A stretch of 64,000 bases of DNA, taken from assembly GCA_038450185.1 (NCBI GenBank), contig GCA_038450185.1_4765.1, one strand, 5' to 3'. The translations under genes and the position numbers were made by a program. Each line of letters starts with the position of its first letter. Positions within the stretch are counted from its first letter, which is position 1. Shown in pieces: positions 60,241 to 64,000 of this stretch. The notes beneath the pieces are model-generated. The model was given only the letters and a program-made list of their open reading frames with translations. It did not search any database and was not told the DNA's origin. The DNA comes from a phage.

Positions 60241-60876
60241 TCAATCGAATGTAGAAAGCAAATGTTTTGTTTCTTTCAGTTGTCGTTCAAGATCTTTGCG
60301 TTTCTCTTTAAGTTGCATTTTAGCATTATTTCGCTGTTTTTCAACATCTTTATCAATGCTCTTATTCCAGTTATCAATATCAGAATAAGTTGGCATACCC
60401 AATTCTAGACCTAATGCGGTTGGATACAGGGTAACAGTCCATAAACCGCTAATCTTCTTAAATAGGTCGGGGTGTAGTGTACTATCTACATCTTCCGGTG
60501 TCAACTCTTTTTCTTCTTTCAGTGGTGGGATCTCGTCATATGGTTCCAGTGCATTTACTTTAATATCAGATACCTCATCAAAGAATCCGCGTACATCCGC
60601 AGGAAATACACAAGCAATTTCCCAACCGTGATCACGCAGAGAAGTAATATTTTTCACTCCCCCACCATGTGTGATGATTGATGTGACATTGCCATCAAGG
60701 TCCACCGAATTTACGAGAAATGGCTTATCGTCTGTCAGATCATTATAAAACTGTGCTTCGGCTGTAGTCATCTCCAGAAACAGATCTCGGATCGGACGAC
60801 CATCAGGTGCGTTACCTTCCTTGAGAGTATAAAAGCGACTTACGATCCATTTTGGCGGTAAAGCATTAGCGATCAT
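60241..60876 (-). CDS. hypothetical protein
   Basis: ORF track; ATG 60876 with AGGAG SD. Confidence 0.45.
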   Translation of the reverse strand: MIANALPPKWIVSRFYTLKEGNAPDGRPIRDLFLEMTTAEAQFYNDLTDDKPFLVNSVDLDGNVTSIITHGGGVKNITSLRDHGWEIACVFPADVRGFFDEVSDIKVNALEPYDEIPPLKEEKELTPEDVDSTLHPDLFKKISGLWTVTLYPTALGLELGMPTYSDIDNWNKSIDKDVEKQRNNAKMQLKEKRKDLERQLKETKHLLSTFD

Positions 60877-60926
60877 GTTATATCTCCTATCAAATCATTC
60901 ACCAGCGCCCCGCAGGGCGCATTTTA

Positions 60927-62339
60927 TTAGAAAGTCATGTTATTTGCTAGCTCGTCGAGTTTTTCTCGTTTCTCGGCTTGCTGTGCGCTTTGTGGTTTAA
61001 CTTGTGCATTCTCCTGATCTGCGATCTGGTTTGGTACTTCATACCAACGCTGATTGCCTTTCTTCACACCAACGTTAAACCGTGAATAATAGTTCTTGTC
61101 ACCGTAACGAGACTTGATCTGCTTCATGAGTTGGACGCCCATTTTAGCCAGGTCTTCGGTTTCGATAACACCCAACATAAAGTCGGCAGTAGCCGGAAGA
61201 CCTGCTGATTCAGCGGTATCACTCATGTTAAGGTCGGAAGCATCCCAACCCGCGCGGGTAGTCTGTGCCGCAGTCCAACCAACAACATCCCACTTAACAA
61301 AAAATCCTCGCAGTTCTTCCGCAATCGCCTTAACTAGTGTGTAACTATTTTCAGAGTATACACGCAAGCGAGACGATGCGCAAATCCCAAGATAGTCAAC
61401 AATCACAACATCAGGTTTAAACTGTTTCTTGAGTCGCAATTCATTCATTAACGCCTCAAAGTGATTGGAGTTTGCGCCACCAGTCGGATACTGCTTGATC
61501 ATCAATTTTCCAACCGGACGATCTCCGATCTTCTTATTCTTAACACGCTTCATGCGTGCGGAATATTCCGCAAAAGAAACATTACCATTATCCAATTCAT
61601 CTAATGTAATGTCAAGCAAGTTTGCGTCGATACGTTTTGCTACTACATGCTCTGCCATCTCCATTGAGATATACAATACATCATAACCACATTCCATATA
61701 ATCCGCAGCAAGAGAACACAATCCAAGCGATTTGCCAACGTTTACACCAGCAAGCAACACATTTAGCGTTTTTCTTTCCGCCCCTCCTTTCGTGATTTTA
61801 TTCAACATCGGCAGCTTAAATGGGATCTTATTCGCCTTAGTCTGATATAGCAAGAATCGTTTTTCAAAGTCATTAAACCAGTCATGACCTACATCAGAAT
61901 CAAACGTAATGGATAGTGCTTCCTGCATGATCTCAGGAATAGCACCCTCACTCGGCAATTTCTTATTCTGTTTCTCTTTTGGTAGTTGTGCGTTCGCCTG
62001 AATCTCTAGCGCCCGTGACATTGCATTGTACATAGCACGGTCACGAATAAATTTTTCGGTTTCCTTCATTAACCAATCAAGGTCTTCCGGTGTATTCTCC
62101 AGCGAATCGAGAAGAGTTTTAGCCCCTTCATATGTTGTCTGACTGCCTCTCTCCTTGTCTAAAGCAATCTGTAATGCAGTTGGCGTAGGAATATTGGAAT
62201 ATTCGTCTACGTGCTTTTTAATCAGCTTATAAATCAGTTTTTCTTCGTCTTCGGTGAAGTAGTCCGCTTTAAGGTGAGGCCATACATTCGTAAAGAATGC
62301 GCCATTGTAAATCAACTGTGAAAAGATAGTTTTAATCAT
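60927..62339 (-). CDS. 41: replicative DNA helicase (DnaB-like)
   Basis: ORF track; Walker A GVNVGKS, RecA-like core, 470 aa. Confidence 0.9.
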   Translation of the reverse strand: MIKTIFSQLIYNGAFFTNVWPHLKADYFTEDEEKLIYKLIKKHVDEYSNIPTPTALQIALDKERGSQTTYEGAKTLLDSLENTPEDLDWLMKETEKFIRDRAMYNAMSRALEIQANAQLPKEKQNKKLPSEGAIPEIMQEALSITFDSDVGHDWFNDFEKRFLLYQTKANKIPFKLPMLNKITKGGAERKTLNVLLAGVNVGKSLGLCSLAADYMECGYDVLYISMEMAEHVVAKRIDANLLDITLDELDNGNVSFAEYSARMKRVKNKKIGDRPVGKLMIKQYPTGGANSNHFEALMNELRLKKQFKPDVVIVDYLGICASSRLRVYSENSYTLVKAIAEELRGFFVKWDVVGWTAAQTTRAGWDASDLNMSDTAESAGLPATADFMLGVIETEDLAKMGVQLMKQIKSRYGDKNYYSRFNVGVKKGNQRWYEVPNQIADQENAQVKPQSAQQAEKREKLDELANNMTF

Positions 62340-62653
62340 ACATAGCCCCCAACTACACGCATAACAAAGGTCTTGAGTTTATACCAGAAAGTTTCTTTTT
62401 TCAACTTTTCTTCTGCTTCTTTGATCTGCGCGGTTAACGCCTTAATGACGTGTGGATATACCACATCACGATCTGACGGCGTGGAGTAGTCGACCACAAT
62501 ACCTTTAGTGTCTGGATCGTATTCAACATTATGAATATAGACAATATGATGTTCTCCCTCTTCATCAACAATTATCAGTTCCTGGATAACTGTCTTCATT
62601 GCTTCTTGAATCAAGCTGTGTGCTTCTTCTAAACTTGTTGGTTTCTTATCCAT
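62336..62653 (-). CDS. 40: hypothetical protein, gp40-like by position
   Basis: ORF track 62336..62707 trimmed to ATG 62653 with GAGAGGA SD located after the uvsX terminator; stop overlaps gene 41 start. Confidence 0.4.
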   Translation of the reverse strand: MDKKPTSLEEAHSLIQEAMKTVIQELIIVDEEGEHHIVYIHNVEYDPDTKGIVVDYSTPSDRDVVYPHVIKALTAQIKEAEEKLKKETFWYKLKTFVMRVVGGYV

Positions 62654-62676
62654 AATATAATCCTCTCTAGATATGA

Positions 62677-62699
62677 AAAAAGGGGCACGTAGCCCCTTT
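62677..62699 (-). terminator. intrinsic terminator after uvsX
   Basis: AGGGGC-tacgt-GCCCCT hairpin followed by TTTTTT on minus strand. Confidence 0.55.
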
Positions 62700-62709
62700 A
62701 CTACCATTG

Positions 62710-63780
62710 TTATGCTAACATATCTTCGATTTCTTTGTCAACTGCTTCGTCGCTGATCACTTGCCCCAGCTTATAATGATCGTTGATTGCTTCGTTAAAC
62801 TTATCGTTTGTCAGAAGTGGTTTCCAGAACTCAATGCTATTGGTTTCTTTAGCACGGAACTTGCGTTCTTCGGTTTCCATCTCTCCGGTCTCGGTATTTA
62901 GGATTGAACGAGAATACCAGCCGTTTGACGGTTTCACTACCCAGCCTAACTCTACAGCCAATTCCAGCAAGCCGGAATAAGGATCGATGCCACCGCTAAA
63001 TGTTACGCTAATCGGGAACTTCGATTTTTCTTTAACTGTTCGTGATTTTTCCGCATTCAGGATAAAATCATAACCAGTAATTTCGGTTCCTTCTTTCTGC
63101 TGACGACGACCAATAATGAAAACTTCATTGGCTGAATACATCGCGCCCGTACCGCCGGACATAACGGTCTTACTAAACATTTCTTGCGTTTCGTAAGTGT
63201 GGTTAATAGCGATGCACGGGATATCATTCATAGTCAGATATGGCGTCACCATACGGAACAAGCCTTTAAGTGCTTTAGCTCGCGTCATATCCTGTGCGGA
63301 TTTCTCATTAATCGCGTCTTCAACTTCTTTTTTACTTGCTAAGTTACCGATTGAGTCAATAAAGATGATCACTTTATCTTCACGGGTAATTTGCTCAAGC
63401 TGGTTCATGATTTCAAATTTAAGTTCTTCGATGTTCTTGATTGGAACATGCACCACGCGATCAGGATCTACACCCATAGATTCCAGATATGCGGAAGTAA
63501 TACCGAACTCAGAATCAAAGAACAAACAAGCCGCATCGGGATTCTGTTTCATGTATGCACTAACACAAGTTAATCCCATGTTTGATTTAAAGTGCTTAGA
63601 CGGACCAGCAAAGAAAATCAGACCAGATTGAAAGCCTTTTTTAAGATCACCAGAAAACGCAATATTCAGCATCGGTATCTTAGTGCGAGTATTTGTTTTT
63701 TCGTTAAAGAAGCTGGATTTAGACAGTACCGCAGTAGTTTTCAGGGTAGAGTTCTTTTTCAGTTTTTCCAGTACAGACAT
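62710..63780 (-). CDS. uvsX: RecA-like recombinase
   Basis: ORF track; similarity to recalled T4 UvsX (KIPMLNIAFSG, LIFFAGPSKHFKSN, IAINHTYETQEMFSKTVMSGGTG). Confidence 0.9.
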   Translation of the reverse strand: MSVLEKLKKNSTLKTTAVLSKSSFFNEKTNTRTKIPMLNIAFSGDLKKGFQSGLIFFAGPSKHFKSNMGLTCVSAYMKQNPDAACLFFDSEFGITSAYLESMGVDPDRVVHVPIKNIEELKFEIMNQLEQITREDKVIIFIDSIGNLASKKEVEDAINEKSAQDMTRAKALKGLFRMVTPYLTMNDIPCIAINHTYETQEMFSKTVMSGGTGAMYSANEVFIIGRRQQKEGTEITGYDFILNAEKSRTVKEKSKFPISVTFSGGIDPYSGLLELAVELGWVVKPSNGWYSRSILNTETGEMETEERKFRAKETNSIEFWKPLLTNDKFNEAINDHYKLGQVISDEAVDKEIEDMLA

Positions 63781-63791
63781 TATTAATACCT

Positions 63792-63980
63792 CTATTCAGT
63801 TAATCCGTAATACTTTAATTGCTTCATTGTTATTCGATCTTTGTAGTGCTCTTGAATTAACTTTTTCATCGCATCAACATCGATCGTCACAAATACTTCG
63901 TTGCTGTGATTTCCGTGAACTTTCTTGAAATGCTCTATGCCTTCCTCACGTTCACGTTTAATCTTTTCAATGTCTCTCAT
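63792..63980 (-). CDS. hypothetical protein
   Basis: ORF track; ATG 63980. Confidence 0.35.
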   Translation of the reverse strand: MRDIEKIKREREEGIEHFKKVHGNHSNEVFVTIDVDAMKKLIQEHYKDRITMKQLKYYGLTE

Positions 63981-64000
63981 AATATATTTCTCACATCGGC

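Noticed and set aside
60905-60920. GCGCCCCGCAGGGCGC hairpin after gene 41 as a terminator
   Set aside because: On the minus (coding) strand it is not followed by a U-run; it reads as a terminator only on the plus strand, where no gene is present.
1-64000. tRNA or other structured RNA genes
   Set aside because: I did not recognise any cloverleaf-like region by eye; a dedicated scan would be needed to exclude them.

Overview
This window reads as a T4-like (Tevenvirinae-type) myophage segment covering the early/replication gene block and the long-tail-fibre/holin module. All calls are by eye from the ORF track and sequence; no searches were run. Recognisable minus-strand genes run in T4 order: DNA ligase (30), 31, cd, pseT, spanin-like pair, rnlA, denA, nrdB, nrdA, td, frd, 32, 59, 33/dsbA-like, rnh, then 52, rIIB, rIIA, fused topoisomerase 39/60, dexA, dda, mod-like ART, 56, 61, 41, 40-like, uvsX. 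Plus-strand genes are long tail fibre 34, 35, 36, 37 and holin t, with late-promoter TATAAATA boxes before 34 and 36. Between the core genes lie many small early ORFs, most preceded by a repeated minus-strand cassette (TTGACA, 17-bp spacer, TATAAT-like box, conserved leader, GGAG RBS), which resembles the promoter-early-stem-loop cassettes I recall for RB49-like phages. I did not find alc, denB, motA, asiA or a T4-type gp38 at their expected positions. The strongest candidates for something new are a translationally coupled C5-methyltransferase-like / zinc-finger / DUF262 (ParB-GmrS-like) operon at 156-1721, a CYTH-like protein between dsbA and rnh, a triple zinc-finger plus T5orf172-like protein between frd and 32, a NADAR-like protein next to the ligase, and a six-member tandem paralogue family at 3777-7146.
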